DNA of 63,102 bases, counting the filler. It is 10 parts of 10 records of this genome, joined end to end, with 100 filler letters (N's around TTAATTAATTAA, not from the genome) between each part and the next. Parts side by side here need not be neighbours in the genome. Positions count along the whole stretch, not along the records: positions 10,338 to 14,986 come from SRR15195285_348; positions 15,087 to 21,229 come from SRR15195285_349; positions 21,330 to 26,334 come from SRR15195285_350; 7 more parts are not named here. The stretch is one strand, 5' to 3'. The position numbers were made by a program, and so were the translations under genes. Positions 10,672 to 23,090 of the stretch are shown here, one piece after another. Position 1 is the stretch's first letter, and each line of letters starts with the position of its first letter. The notes beneath the pieces were generated by a model. That model was not told the DNA's origin. It made no database searches and was given only the letters and a program-made list of their open reading frames with translations.

Positions 10672-13600
10672 ATGGCGGAGCTTGCAGCGGCGCCATTATT
10701 TTGTGCTGTAGTGGCGCTGATGCTGGCTACAAGTACTGTGCACTGCCAGCACCTCACTGCGACGGTGGCCATCAATCGGCGCTTCGCTCTCGGCGGGGCG
10801 GGATCCCATGTACTTCTGTTTAAGCCAGCAGGTTCGCAGCTTGGCTCAGACCTGCCCGGTGCAGTACTTTTGCCTGATGTTCCGGGTGAATACATAGTCC
10901 GTAGTACAAGCAACGACACACAACACATCCAGGCAGTCGACCTCGCGAGATGGGCCGCAGACACGCTGCCGATCATGTCTGACCTGTTTGGCGCAAACAG
11001 TGTGCCTACAGACTCCGCGAGTGGCTCAGGCTTCTGGATCGATCAGCTCAGCGACGAGCATGCAGGTGGATGTGTGCTTGAAGAGCATCCCAGTTTCGGG
11101 CTGCGCATCTCGACTGGCGGTGAACCAGGGCCGTGCGGCCTACGAACCCGCGACGGTTGCCCGGACCTCGGCGCGGATCCAGCCACAATTGGTTGTGGTT
11201 TTGCCAGTGGGGCGACTAGTGTCAATCCGTTCAACGATCGCCTAATTGTCTCAGTTGGCAACGTCACTCTCGGCAATGCTGCTACTGTCGCAGCTTTGCG
11301 TCTAACGAGCAACGAGACGACACGTGGTGCAATCGAACTACGCTTCAACACTACCACTGCGACACTTCGATGGACCGCACATACCACCTTGTCCTCATCC
11401 ACCCAGTGGACGGAGCTGCAGAGTGCACAGCTTGGAGAATGCGGTGGGGTGATTACAAACATATCCTTGACAATGGCCATCAAGCAGGCACGACTGTCTT
11501 ACGCGTGCGATGGGGAGACCGTGTTCAATGGCACCTTGATCGACCATGGTATCGACTGGCGTGCCTTCGCCCCTACCAGCGCTGGCGAACTGAGCGTGTC
11601 CATTCGAGTCACACAGGGCCAGGCAACATTTCGGAGGTTTGAGGTGGCATCATTGCGCGGTCACGGCCACCTCCGCGCGCAGCTATTCCCCATCCGAAAT
11701 TTGAACGGAGGGCGGTCTCCCTTTCTTGGGCTCGCCCACTCATCACACCTTGCTGCTTTGGGCTACCTTGACGTCACAAAACAGCCGTTTTTAGCTGATA
11801 AAACTGGACAGCGCGACAGTACTGTTGCCCTGCAGGCGGCCATTGACTACTGTCGGCGCAATTACTTGACTGTGTTGTTGCCCTCGGGTCAATATCTAGT
11901 GTCCAAGACTCTTGTTGCAAAGCAGACAGAGCGGCTCGATGCTATCGACGGTACCAACAACTACTGGCAGCAGGCACGTTATGCTCCTAACCGCATCGTT
12001 GGCAGCAAGGTTGGGCCCAAGCCAACGATAGTGCTTGCTCCGAACTCATTTCCTGATGCGACAAGACCCTGGCCAGTTGTTTGGTTGTGGATGCAAAACA
12101 ACATAAACGTCACCGGGCCTTTCGACCCACCCTTCGATGGAACGCCTCAACCCAACGCAAACTGCAACCAGATCTTCCAGGGTATTGACATACGCATCGC
12201 CCAAGGTAATCCAGGTGCCATTGGTATTCGTGCTCGTGGCGCCCAAATGATGGTAGTACAGGACGTTACGATTTTTGCCGGAGATGGAATGGTCGGTTTG
12301 AGTGGAGGCAGTGGTTCGGGAGGGAGTCACTATGGCGTTCACGTTATTGGTGGACGGTATGGAGTTGACTTTACCACAGCTCAGCCCGGACCCGTGATAT
12401 CTGGGTTCACGCTGGAGAATCAGACATGTTCTGCCTTAGTGTATGCAGGTCTGCAGACTCTAACCGCTGTTGGCCTGAGCGTACGAGCGCTAGTGCCGAT
12501 GGCGCAACCTGCAATTGTCACCGGCTGTGACGCAGCGACGCACATGGTCCCGACTTGGGGAGACAAGTTGTTTCAACACGGCTGTGAATTGGTGCAGTTT
12601 GCAGACCCACTAACAGTTCAGCCGTGTCAACCACTAAACAGTGGCCCCCTTTCGCTCGTTGACTCGATTGTGGAGCTCGGGCTGTCCAGTCGGCAACCAG
12701 TCGCTATTGCAGCCGCTGCCTCGCTATATTTACGCAACGTCTTTGTAGGTGGTGCTGCGACTCTTGCTGATTTTCACTCTGGCGACACTCTGCCTTCACC
12801 AGGATTGCCATGGGCAGAAGTTCAAGAATACGCGAAAGGAATTGGACAGGCCACCACTGACCCTGAGCCCGAGCACACGAGCAGATTGTCATTCAGCAGC
12901 AGAGTGCACGTCTTTGCTGCGAGCGACCTTACACCAGTGTCTCGTGGCAACGTCAATGTGACAACCACAGAGCTCGTGGTTGGTATACGTACCAGGAACA
13001 TGGCTCCAAGCACAGATCTGGTCACCCAGCACCTCTACAGTGGCGTATCTGCTAGGCTGCTCCCATCGTTTGAGTCTACTAATGCTGTGTTTGCCACCGG
13101 TCCACGTAACCACTGTGGTGCGTCCTCAGACGGTATCACCGACAACGCACAGGCACTGCAAAAATGCGTCGATATTGCTGCTCACGAGTCACCCCCCGGA
13201 GTGGTTGTGCTGGGTAGAGGCATCTATCGTATCGGGCGGACGCTCGTCTTGCCACCAGGTGTATCGCTAGTAGGTGCAGGTTTGCATCTAACTTCACTCG
13301 TGCCGACCTCTGCGAATTTTCAGATAGACGCTGAGAGAACATCCCGTGGTGCTGGAACACCTTTGCTGCGTGTAACTGGGGGAGCTTCTGTAGTGACTGG
13401 GGTGAGCCTGACGCCTTGGGCACACTACGATACAGTGTCGGCTGTCGAGTGGGGTGCTGGAAAACAATCGCTGTGGATGCAGAACCATGTGAACCGGGTG
13501 CGTACCTTCCCAACGTGTTAGACATCGTTTGGTGGATTTCCTAACTTGGCTGACCATAAATGCTTTGGTTTGATAGATGCACGAGTGTGGTACAACTCAA

Positions 13601-14290
13601 GGAAATCCTCTGGCACATGCGACTAATTCAGCAAGTGAGGTGATTAGAGGTGCAAGTGTATCGACGATCATCCTTCCACCATGCAAGATACACACCAGGC
13701 TCGACGTTCCCCTGGCGCTTATCACTGGCGCTGGTGCATTCTACAACTTCTACCAAGAAGATGACATGGTGCACAATGCAGAGAGCTATCAAGGTCCCAA
13801 CTACCGTCACATTCTAGTGAACGATACAAGCAATGTCAGGTTCTATCACCTCAATCCCGAGCACTCTGTTGCCAACGCTAACGCCGAGTTTCGGAACTCG
13901 GTCAACATTTCTGTGTTTGGCACAAAGTCTGAAGGTCACTCCGCTACCATCTGGGTGCGTGACTGCGAAAATATCTTCCATTCTGGCCATGGTGGCGACG
14001 CTGCGCCGGAGAGCTGTGATCCTGCAACATGTGCAATCTGGAAACATTCGCCCTGCGCTTGCAACTGGACAACTGGGGTGCCGTCGCTATTTCGTGTTGA
14101 ACAGTGCAGGGGAAATTGTCGGTTTGGGAATCTGTGGAGCCAGACGACCACTGCGACAAGCTCGGTGTGGCTAGCTGCAGGCGAGACAGCAACGGCAACG
14201 ACTATGTGGGACCGGCCGGCAGTCGTGGCCACCAGCGATACACTAGACTGCGTGCTTAACAACCACATCATCCAGTGTGAGCATAAATAG
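10672..14290 (+). CDS. Secreted two-beta-helix (Pectate_lyase_3 / GH55-like) carbohydrate-active protein, 2 exons
   Basis: Signal peptide MAELAAAPLFCAVVALMLATSTVHC. Two beta-helix cap motifs: DVTKQPFLADKTGQRDSTVALQAAID...VLLPSGQYLVSKTL and GASSDGITDNAQALQKCVD...VVLGRGIYRIGRTLVLP. Phase-0 intron 13498-13576 joins ORF 13577-14290. Confidence 0.75.
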
Positions 14291-14519
14291 AGACGATGGC
14301 GTTCGGTACGTATTCAATTGTTCTCGAGGGGCATTATTTTGTCACAATTTAGTCCACACTTTAGCCTTAGTGCCACGCACCACAACATCCACCATCTGGT
14401 TCTTGTTGTGCTCAAGTTGTTGCGGCGAGTGACCTTGCCGCAAGGTTGATTGAAATCTGGGTGGAAACTATTAGGGCGGCCCCGTAGCCACACACCTACA
14501 CCCACCGATTTCCAGAATA

Positions 14520-14587
14520 TGGGTATTACCCAATACCCATACCCGCGGATTTCCGTACATACGGGTATTACCCATACCCATACCCGT
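14520..14587. repeat. Duplicated GGGTATTACCC(A)ATACCCATACCCG motif
   Basis: Two near-identical copies about 42 nt apart in non-coding DNA. Confidence 0.7.
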
Positions 14588-14767
14588 CTCACAAATCGAG
14601 GGGGGCCCCACCTCTGGTCACCGCATTTCAGCATGCATGCACCGCGAAGTGCCCAGGAGGAATTGTCCCACCCGACAAGAGTTCAGGACTGTCGAATCCA
14701 TTTCATCTGACTTCAATATCACAAAACATCAGTCGACATACAAGGTGGAAGACTGGAAGTGGATGCT

Positions 14768-14801
14768 ACACACAGGGCATACGACCGTATGCCCTGTGTG
14801 T
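14768..14801. repeat. Perfect 16-bp inverted repeat with 2-nt loop
   Basis: ACACACAGGGCATACG-ac-CGTATGCCCTGTGTGT. Confidence 0.95.
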
Positions 14802-14956
14802 TGCTGATGGGGTAGTGACGTGCATGGAACGGCACTGTTGTTCAGTGAATAGATCTTGTTAGCGGCGCATGCTAACCTTATTCTAGTCTTGAGTTAGACA
14901 CAACTCGATGTACCGGTCTCAGTCTACGGATGAACGCATGAGATCATTCCATGCTG

Positions 14957-14986
14957 ACATCGGTCATAAAGCTTTATGACCGATGT
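14957..14986. repeat. Perfect 30-bp palindrome ending at the contig end
   Basis: ACATCGGTCATAAAG|CTTTATGACCGATGT. Confidence 0.95.
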
Positions 14987-15086
14987 NNNNNNNNNNNNNN
15001 NNNNNNNNNNNNNNNNNNNNNNNNNNNNNNTTAATTAATTAANNNNNNNNNNNNNNNNNNNNNNNNNNNNNNNNNNNNNNNNNNNN
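14987..15086. other. Artificial contig linker
   Basis: 44 N + TTAATTAATTAA + 44 N. Confidence 0.99.
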
Positions 15087-15500
15087 CAGCAGCAGCAGCA
15101 GCAGCAGCAGCCAGAGGCTCTGTCTTGCCACGTGGGTGAGGAGCAAATCGAATCGGAGCCTCTGCTGACGCGCAAGAGTGTCTGTTCGGCTTGCCCAGCT
15201 GGGAAGTTTGATCACGATCGGGATCCTACATCCCCATGTCACAACTGCAGGACGGGTTTTACTTCTCCCGAAGGGTCGGTGTTGTGCCTACGCGCTCTGG
15301 AGAGCCCTTGCGAGACTGGCACGCAGCAGCTTCGGCCAACGCAACGGAACCACGATGGTGTCTGGCGGCCAGCCGAGTGCGAGCTCTGCGCGGCTGGACG
15401 ATGGGATCACGACCGTAGTGCCACGACCCCATGTGAAGCTTGCCGCAAGGGCTACTACTCTCCTGCTGGCTCCATTATCTGCATAGATGTTCCGACGTAA
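15087..15500 (+). CDS. Fragment of a Cys-rich surface protein (GCC2/GCC3, ephrin-receptor-like repeats), preceded by a CAG microsatellite
   Basis: Two copies of C..C.AG..DHD...T.PC..C..G..SP.GS..C (CSACPAGKFDHDRDPTSPCHNCRTGFTSPEGSVLC; CELCAAGRWDHDRSATTPCEACRKGYYSPAGSIIC). Confidence 0.65.
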   Translation, partial: QQQQQQQQPEALSCHVGEEQIESEPLLTRKSVCSACPAGKFDHDRDPTSPCHNCRTGFTSPEGSVLCLRALESPCETGTQQLRPTQRNHDGVWRPAECELCAAGRWDHDRSATTPCEACRKGYYSPAGSIICIDVPT

Positions 15501-15829
15501 GGAGGATCTGAAGGATTCCGCTGTTCGTATCGGCAGCCGACGTCCCGATCAACCTCAGCTACCCTGAGCAGCATAGACGAAGACAGCTCAGGGCTGCCGC
15601 CAGCAACCTAAAGGAAACGAGCGCCCAGTCTACGCTCTACCGCAGGTGAGTCATTGCGCCTCGGCACAATTGTAGTCGCGTGGGATGATACACGTAGGCA
15701 AACTAGACACCCACAATTAGAAAACTAATGGCCTCCTGCCTCCAGGTCTCATGAGGCGCGGCAGGTTCGGATGAATATACACGCCTTGGCACAACTATGG
15801 ACTGCACCAGTAACATTCACAGTTGTGCA

Positions 15830-18800
15830 GTTGTGCCAGCCAGAGCACGCTGCCGCCGAGATCATAGTTCCACTGTTGCGGGAGCAGTCGCTTGGTCCGC
15901 TGATGGTGCCACAATCTCCGGGGTGATACTCATCTCCTTCGGCTGCAGCTGCTCAGCTCGCGCAGCCATTACCTGTCAAGCGTTGACGTTCACGCGCATT
16001 CGTGGGCACCGCTCAGCACATACAGAAGCTGCTGCTGCGGTGGACCCGAGTAGATAATTATGCAACACACGGGACCTACCGCCTGTTGGACAGCCTCGCC
16101 TCGAACGAGCATTGCCACAAAGTCCGTCGCCTCGTGCAAGAATGGCTGCGGGGGCTGTGTGCACAAAGGCACGTACACGCACACGCACGTACCACACGTT
16201 GGTGACTCAGTTCACGTTGAAAACCTAGCTCGCCGGGCGTATGCAGGGCGTAGCGTTCGCACACACCTGCATGAGACCTTCCGCAAGGCCAGCCGCCAAG
16301 CTCTGCACCTCAAACCCGGGGCGCTCGGCCAGCTTCTTAGCGAGCGCGATGCATTTGTTGAACACCGCCTTGCTGGTTGGTGGCAAGATACCGACGAGCT
16401 TTACAGCACGCTGATAATCCAGCTGCATGCCACACTCGCCAGCAAGGGGCAGCAATACGCCCGGGAACACTGGACGGGGAAGCGACGCCAGGATTTGTAC
16501 CAGTGCACAGCCCACGGCAGGAGCGAACGTTGGAGGTAACCCACCCAGCGTTTGCCCAGACTCCAACACCGCGTGGACGGCCCCCACCTCCTGATCGGAT
16601 GCACTGCCATCAACCAAGAATTCTATGGTGCCACTCACGGACTCAACCGCCGGCTGTGTCCCTCCTGGCTGCCCGTAATCACACGCGATCAACCAGTCAG
16701 CAAGCTCTCGAATCACTGCTGGGCTCTGGCCCTCGCCCGCCGCCGCCCCCGGCTGGATGCCGGGAGCCACAACCGTGAAATCCACTGTGCTGCCCTCAGC
16801 TTGTCCCAGCGCGCTGACGATATCAGCCTTGCTGCTCACAGTAGAACTCCCGATTCGCACAATGCGACCTCCCTGCCCAATTCCAGCCTTCGCTGCCTCT
16901 ACATCAGCCGAGCTGAACGATGATACGATACCATCGTCAGCTATCACCATTCCGAAGCCCGAGTCCGCTTTTCGAAGTCTGAACATGTTCTCGGCACACG
17001 GATAAGGTAGATGCGAAAGGGAATCAAGCGACCGTCCAATCATCGACTTGCAATTATATCGACCGGTGACACGCAGCGGTAGCGCCATGGTGCTGCGCGG
17101 TTGCGCCGAGTGGTTGACACGTGCAGTCATGCAGAAGATAGACAGCTCCGCATCCATGAGCCCTCCGCATCGCCAGAGCGTATCCGCGCTTAAGTTGTCT
17201 ACAAGGGCTACCACTGTGATCGTCGACTCTGCACCAGGAAGCACCAGCCCGTGCACACCACGTAAGCTCAGCCAGCGCACGGACTGCGGTGGCGGCACCA
17301 CACAATAGTTGATCGGCACTGTGCCAACGTTCTTGACTGTGACAGTGCAGCGTGCTGTTTTTCCGTGTGCGAGCGTTCCTACATCTAACTCGCTGCTCGA
17401 CAGCTCGACGCTGCACGAGCTTTTCTCTGCGGCGAGAGCTTCTCGTTCGTTCTTGCGTAGTGCCTTCACGATGTGGTACTTTTTCGCAGGACAAACGGCA
17501 GCAATTCCGATGGCAAACTCCGCCATCACTGGCTTGTGTTCGCCCAAAGCTTCACCTGGGGCACTCCTGTAGGTACCTTTTGAATACACGATCTGTTCTC
17601 CTCGGTACAGTATACGCCCAGTCCAACCGGGAAGCTCATCACCAGCAGCGCCTGTGGTCTTGTAGTCTGCTGTCCCGGGCATAAAACGGTAGGTCGGGGC
17701 GAATCGAATTTCTGGCTCCCTCCAGCCGTCACCCGCAGCGAATACACGGCCACCATCCCGCTCAAGGGAAAGCTGGTCGCAGTTCAGCAGCGTGGAGGCT
17801 TCCGATGTCCGCAGCTTGTAGGCTTCCGCAGCGTCCCATTCTTCTTGAGTCAGCTTCTTTGAAGCCGGGGGTATCTCGCCGACATGGTCTTCTTCTCCTT
17901 CTTCATCTGTGAACTCGAAGAAAACCTCGTCCGGAATGCCGCCTGGCGGAATGCCCTCTGCGATACGATTCGCTTCCTCCTCTTCCAACCTCCTTTTCTC
18001 TGCACGGCGCGCCGCCTCAGCAATCCTGGCCTCTTCGGCAATGCGAGCTTCTTCTGCCAAGCGCGCCTCTTCGGCTAGACGCGCTTCCTCAGCAATCCGT
18101 GCGTCTTCGGCAAGACGAGCTTCTTCTTCAAGCCGAATCTTCTCAGCTGCTGCTGCCTTCTCGTCAGCCACAGCTTTCTCTACGGCCGCAATCTTCGCCG
18201 CTGCCTCCTCTTCAGTCGCACGCACGCGCTCCTCCATCTCAGCTTTCATCTCACTCTCCATTTCCACACGTGCAGCGGCCTGCTCTTCAGCTGCCTTCGC
18301 GGCTCGTTCAGCAGCCAAGGCTATCTCCGCCTGTGCTGCAGCTGCGTTCTCTTCGGCCAACATCCTCTTCTGCTCGGCCTCCAGTTTGGCGGCTTCTGCA
18401 GCCTCCGCCTGTACAGTTGCCGCTTTGGCTGCTTCCAGCTTGGCTGCTTCGATCTTCGCTATCGCTGCCTGCTCGGTTTCCGCTTTAAGGCTGCCCGCGT
18501 CGGCCTCAGCTTGGGCGATTTTTGCAAGTGACGCTGCTTTGGCTTCGGCAATCTTCTCCTCTAGCGCAATTGCGGCCATAGCCTCGTTTTCCATGGCTGC
18601 AATTTTCGCATCGCTCTGTGCTTCTACAGCTGCAAGCTGTGCCGCTGTCATCGCTTCCATATCAGCAACATTAGGCGAGGCGGCTCTAGTCGGCGATCCA
18701 TCTGTACTAGGCTGGGGTGCTGGCTCCAAATCCAGTGGTTGGACAGCAGGGTCCGGGCTACGGCTAGCGCTCCTCTTTTGCTGCATGGCCGCAGCCAACA

Positions 18801-21229
18801 CTTCATTCGTCCCACCGCCGACCAATTCTCGGTCAGCTTCAGGCTGAGTTTCCCAGCCAGCTGCCGCAGCGGCTACACTACCTGGTGTTGACGTAGAAGC
18901 AGACCGTTTTGTATCCAAATCGAGCAACAGTTTGATGACGGCTCCTTTGGGATCGTCATCCTCCATTGCGTCGTCAACCTTGTCTTCGCCAATGTCCTCT
19001 GCCTCACACAACTCGGTGAGCTCGGACATTTTCATGCTGTATAAATCCAGAGATGCAAATCGACTGGTTGGCGCTGGCTCTACCTTCGGCGCAACGAGCG
19101 CTTTCAACAGGTCGATGAGAGCATCCTTGGGTTTCGGTGCCTCCATCGCCTCGTCTACTGCGTCGCCATCGACGCCTTCTTTCAGCGCGAGCTTACGCAG
19201 CGCGCCTATCTTCATGCTCGGAAGCTCCGCAACAACAAAGTCTCCTCCACGGACTCGGGTGGACAGGCTCAAAGGCGCGTCTACTTCAACATCTATTTCT
19301 ACGGTCCCACCCTGCACACGGTCCGCCAAAGCGAGGGCGCTTGGCTCTTCCGGCGTCCCAAGAACCTGAACCGCTTGCATGATCCGGTCCAGTGTCAAGT
19401 CAATGCGGTATTGAAGGTCGCCTACCCAGATGACCCGTCGATCTTGTTGGTCTCCAGGAATCAAAGCGTCGGATAAAATTTTCACCTCTGCATTGCGCAT
19501 GGCACATTCTGCTTGGTTTGGCGAAAGCACTGCATTGACAAAAGTGAAGTTGGTCTCATGCAGCAGCAAGTGTACTGCCACTGCTTTGCCAGTGTCCTTT
19601 TTGAGCAACTCCGCATCAGCTTTCTGTACAGCAACGTTCGACACGTACGGCTCGTGCTTCTCAACGATAGCTACAAACAGCAACAAGCCGGTATGGTGTG
19701 CGGCTTGGACGAGTTTAAATCCAGTAAGTGTTGCAAGGATTGCATCTTCCCACATGCTCGCAAGAGAGGCCGAGTGAATCCCTGCACCCTGCAGGCCGAC
19801 AACTACCAAATCACTCTCTTGGCTTGCGCTCAACAAGTTCCCAAGGTCGGCCGAGGCGGCATCCCGCACGTCGCCAACATTCCAGCTCATGACGCGGGCA
19901 CGCACGCGACCGCGCTTTGTGTAATCTGGCCTGCGCAATACCAGCTGCTGCATCTCGGTCGGTGGCGCAGGCGTGGCGGTGCGTGCTGTCGGCCAGACAC
20001 GGACGCTACCGTCCTCGGCTGCCGTCCACATCTGTGATGCACGAGTTGGCGCGCACAGCAGCGTCACAGGTGTCGGTTGGTCGTTCGCCACAATGTTAAT
20101 TGCTTGCCTGGTGGCACCATCCAGAATGCGAGTCTCGGCGTTGACGTGCGCCACCCAGACGTGCGCACCGTCGGTCGACATAGATGTTATCGCGTGGTTT
20201 TCATACGGCATAAGCACTGTAACCTTCTCTCCAGTGTTTGCGTTGTATATGTGGATGGTAGAATCAGCAAAGCCGATCCAGAGCTCGTCGCCAACAATTA
20301 CAGTCGCCATGACATCAGACTCTGTGTTTGTAATCCATTGCTCTGGGTCGATGCGAGTGCCATCGCTAGCGTTCCAGCAGGCGAGGCCGGCCCTGCCATA
20401 GATTGCCCAGATCCGAGCGCCGTCTGGAGAAAGCAAGAGCGAGTCTACTTCCGTCGACGTGGATAAATGGTCTGGCTGCTCCAGTCTCTGCACGTGCGAT
20501 GCGCTGCGAAGATTCGCCAAGCTGTCGAAGCGTAGCAGCGCAATGTCCCCTCCTGACATGCCGGCCCACACTCTAAAGCTGCTACTTACCTCCGAGAAGG
20601 CAAGTGCAGTGATGCAATTGCCTGTATCAGACAAGTTGGCATCTATCGCAGCTTCGAGTTTCCCACTGACCACATCCACGGCGCATACATGTCCTGTGCT
20701 GCATCCCATCCAGAGCCGGCCGTTGGCTTCCATTGCACAGCCAACCGTGTTCGGGATTGCCTCCTGTTCTGCTAGACCCACCACCTCGAGCGCCTGTTTG
20801 GCAGCTTTGCTTCCCTTCTCCTTCGCTTTCTTGCTAGCTTTAGCTGGATCAAACCAGTCCTTCGTGTGCATGCGCTCCTGTTGCTCTGACATCCCGATGA
20901 TGTGTGTGAACCAATCTAGTTGCAGCTCATAATGCAACTGCAGAGACTCTGCATCTACCACAGAAATATGGCCCTTGCTGATCAGGGCCACAGCACCTAG
21001 TGTCGGGAGCTCCACAGCTGCGAAGATGCCTGCTCGAAACATCCACTGCGTGCAAGCTGCCATCTGGACGGCACCGGCACGCATCGGCCAGGGGCGCGGG
21101 ATGCAGGTGCCAACGTGTTTGTCAGAGAGGCCGAGCCGAGCCCAGGAGTCTTGCTGCATGTCGAGTGCAGACATGATACCACGGTTCTGCTGGATGAGTG
21201 CATTGCTAAATTCTCGCTCGTAGTCTGCG
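15830..21229 (-). CDS. OCRL/INPP5B-like protein: beta-propeller, split and degenerate inositol 5-phosphatase, ASH/MSP, PDZ-like and RhoGAP-like domains; 5'-partial
   Basis: 1649-aa ORF 16225-21174, open to the contig end. Motifs SWNVG, VIWVGDLQYRID, CDQL, EPEIRFAPTYRF, PGWTGRILY, GEHKPV; ASH-like LDVGTLAHG...VTVKNVG; RhoGAP-like LVQILASLPRPVFP. Small 3' exons continue towards ~15830 (approximate). Confidence 0.8.
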
Positions 21230-21329
21230 NNNNNNNNNNNNNNNNNNNNNNNNNNNNNNNNNNNNNNNNNNNNTTAATTAATTAANNNNNNNNNNNNNNN
21301 NNNNNNNNNNNNNNNNNNNNNNNNNNNNN
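21230..21329. other. Artificial contig linker
   Basis: 44 N + TTAATTAATTAA + 44 N. Confidence 0.99.
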
Positions 21330-21671
21330 CCTCCCTCCCTCCCTCCCTCCCCCCCCCCCTCTCTGTGTATATAGCGTTGTCACATACGGTTCATAGTTGG
21401 CGGAAGTAGTGGACTGTGTTCATCAGAACTCTGTGACTGTGTGTATTATAGCGCCACGTATCGCTGCAGTTCTTCAGTGTAATCCACCAGTCACTCCCGC
21501 CGCAACGAAAGGGTGGTTTTGTGTGGCTAGACATCGTCTCATATACTGTCTCACATACTGTGGTTTGGCGCAGAGTGTACTCTAGAGATCTAGTACGGGA
21601 CGGATCAGCTGGACTGTATCTGAGCCGGAGGGGCAGGTTGAAGGCGTGTACACAGCAGCAGGTGGCCAGCA

Positions 21672-23005
21672 GCATGCCGCGGGTCCACAGCGCGATCGGC
21701 TCGCTGAACAAGCCGGGCTTGCAGAGAGCTGCTGATGACTCGCGGCTGCCGGAGCTATTCGGGCCGACGGGTGTCGACTCGCGGAGCGTCGAGCCACCGG
21801 AGCCGCCGCCGCAGCCGAAGGTGAATTCGCCGCGCTCTGTGCGCGGTGCTGCTCGCCAGAGTGTCCGCCGCCGACCAGCGCCGCTGCTGCTGCAGCCGCC
21901 CACAGACGGTTCACGGCGAGTTCAGCCGAATCCGCCGTCGATACCGAGCTCGTCAAGCTCACCGTGGGAACAGCTACAGCACGGCGGCCAAGGGTGGATG
22001 TCGCATCGAACGCCGCGCCCATACAATGGACTGGCAGGTCCGAGCTCGCTGGGTGCGAAAATCTCGCACGACAGCGCGAGCTCACATTCATCGCCGCAGG
22101 CAGCTGGTACGTGTCCGCACTGCGAGAAGTTGAGGAGGCACTGCGAGAAGCTGCGAGCAGACTCCGACCAGTTGAAGCGGAGGCTGAGGAGTCAACGCGC
22201 AGATTTCGCTGTAGTAGACAAACAGCGGAGACGGCTGGACCAGAAACTGCTAGAAATGGAACGTGAGGCAGCCGCACGCGTTCTCGATGAAAAACAGCGT
22301 GACGCGATCCTTGGCGCTGTCGCAGCTGATGCAGCGCGCGCGGGGAAGGAGCGCCAGGAGATTTTCGGTACAGACCAACAAGTTTGCGACGAGAAAGTTT
22401 CAGTTGGCTCGCCGGTATCTCCGCGGACGACCGATCTCAACCCCTCGCCGTCTTTGCCATTGCCAGCATCAAGAGTTTCAAGCAATGGGTCCAACGCAGT
22501 CATCGTCCGGCCGGCTCCCTGTCCAGAAGGTGCGACGGAGCCAGAAAAGGCCTGGGTCGCAGCTTCGGAGATCGAAGGCTTTGTCATTGTCGCGGGCCCG
22601 GTTCTCCTTGGCGATGGCCACCCGTGGGGAAAGAAAAGATTGTCTGCGCCAATGTCAGCGCAGCGGCGAGTTGTGGCGCTCGCACAACGGGCTGCCGGGC
22701 TGTCACCGGTGTCAGCAACAAAGCACTTTCTGCTCGTGCGGCCACCAACAACTGGAGCAGTTGAGTTCGACGAGTTGACGCAGGCAATACCGCTGGCTGG
22801 CTGTGCTGTAGGTTGCACAGTCACTGCAGGCCACGCACAGTGTGGTAGGCTGCGAGTGCTGCCTTCGCCGTCCACAACTATGCAAATACCAGGAGGCACG
22901 TATGTTGAGGAACTGTGGCTCAGCTCTCTCAAACTTTCGGACATAGAGGCGCTGCAGGAAATGAAGGAGTGGGCAGCACTGCTACAACCGCTGACTTTCG
23001 AATGA
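21672..23005 (+). CDS. Hypothetical protein: Pro/Ser-rich N-terminus, coiled coil, possible PH-like C-terminal domain
   Basis: Long ORF (first ATG at MPRVHSA). Coiled coil CEKLRADSDQLKRRL...LLEMERE. C-terminal IEGFVIV...IPLAGCAV...EELWLSS...EMKEWAALL loosely fits a PH fold. Confidence 0.6.
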
Positions 23006-23090
23006 GAAAGCAAACGGCCGCTGCTTAAGCGATGCTAGGGTACGCCCTAAGTGCACGGGGTCATGAATTTCCGATAAAACTCCCACATCA

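Noticed and set aside
8186-14290. Apparent clustering of methyltransferase, CAZyme and channel genes as an operon or defence island
   Set aside because: The genes are eukaryotic, contain introns and mostly lie on different contigs; no cognate restriction enzyme is visible.
17909-18847. 312-aa Ser/Ala-rich plus-strand ORF, and similar antisense ORFs at 30492-31796, 51766-52707, 29353-30069, 22192-23013 and 59390-60178
   Set aside because: These are shadow ORFs antisense to well-supported genes, expected in GC-rich coding DNA.
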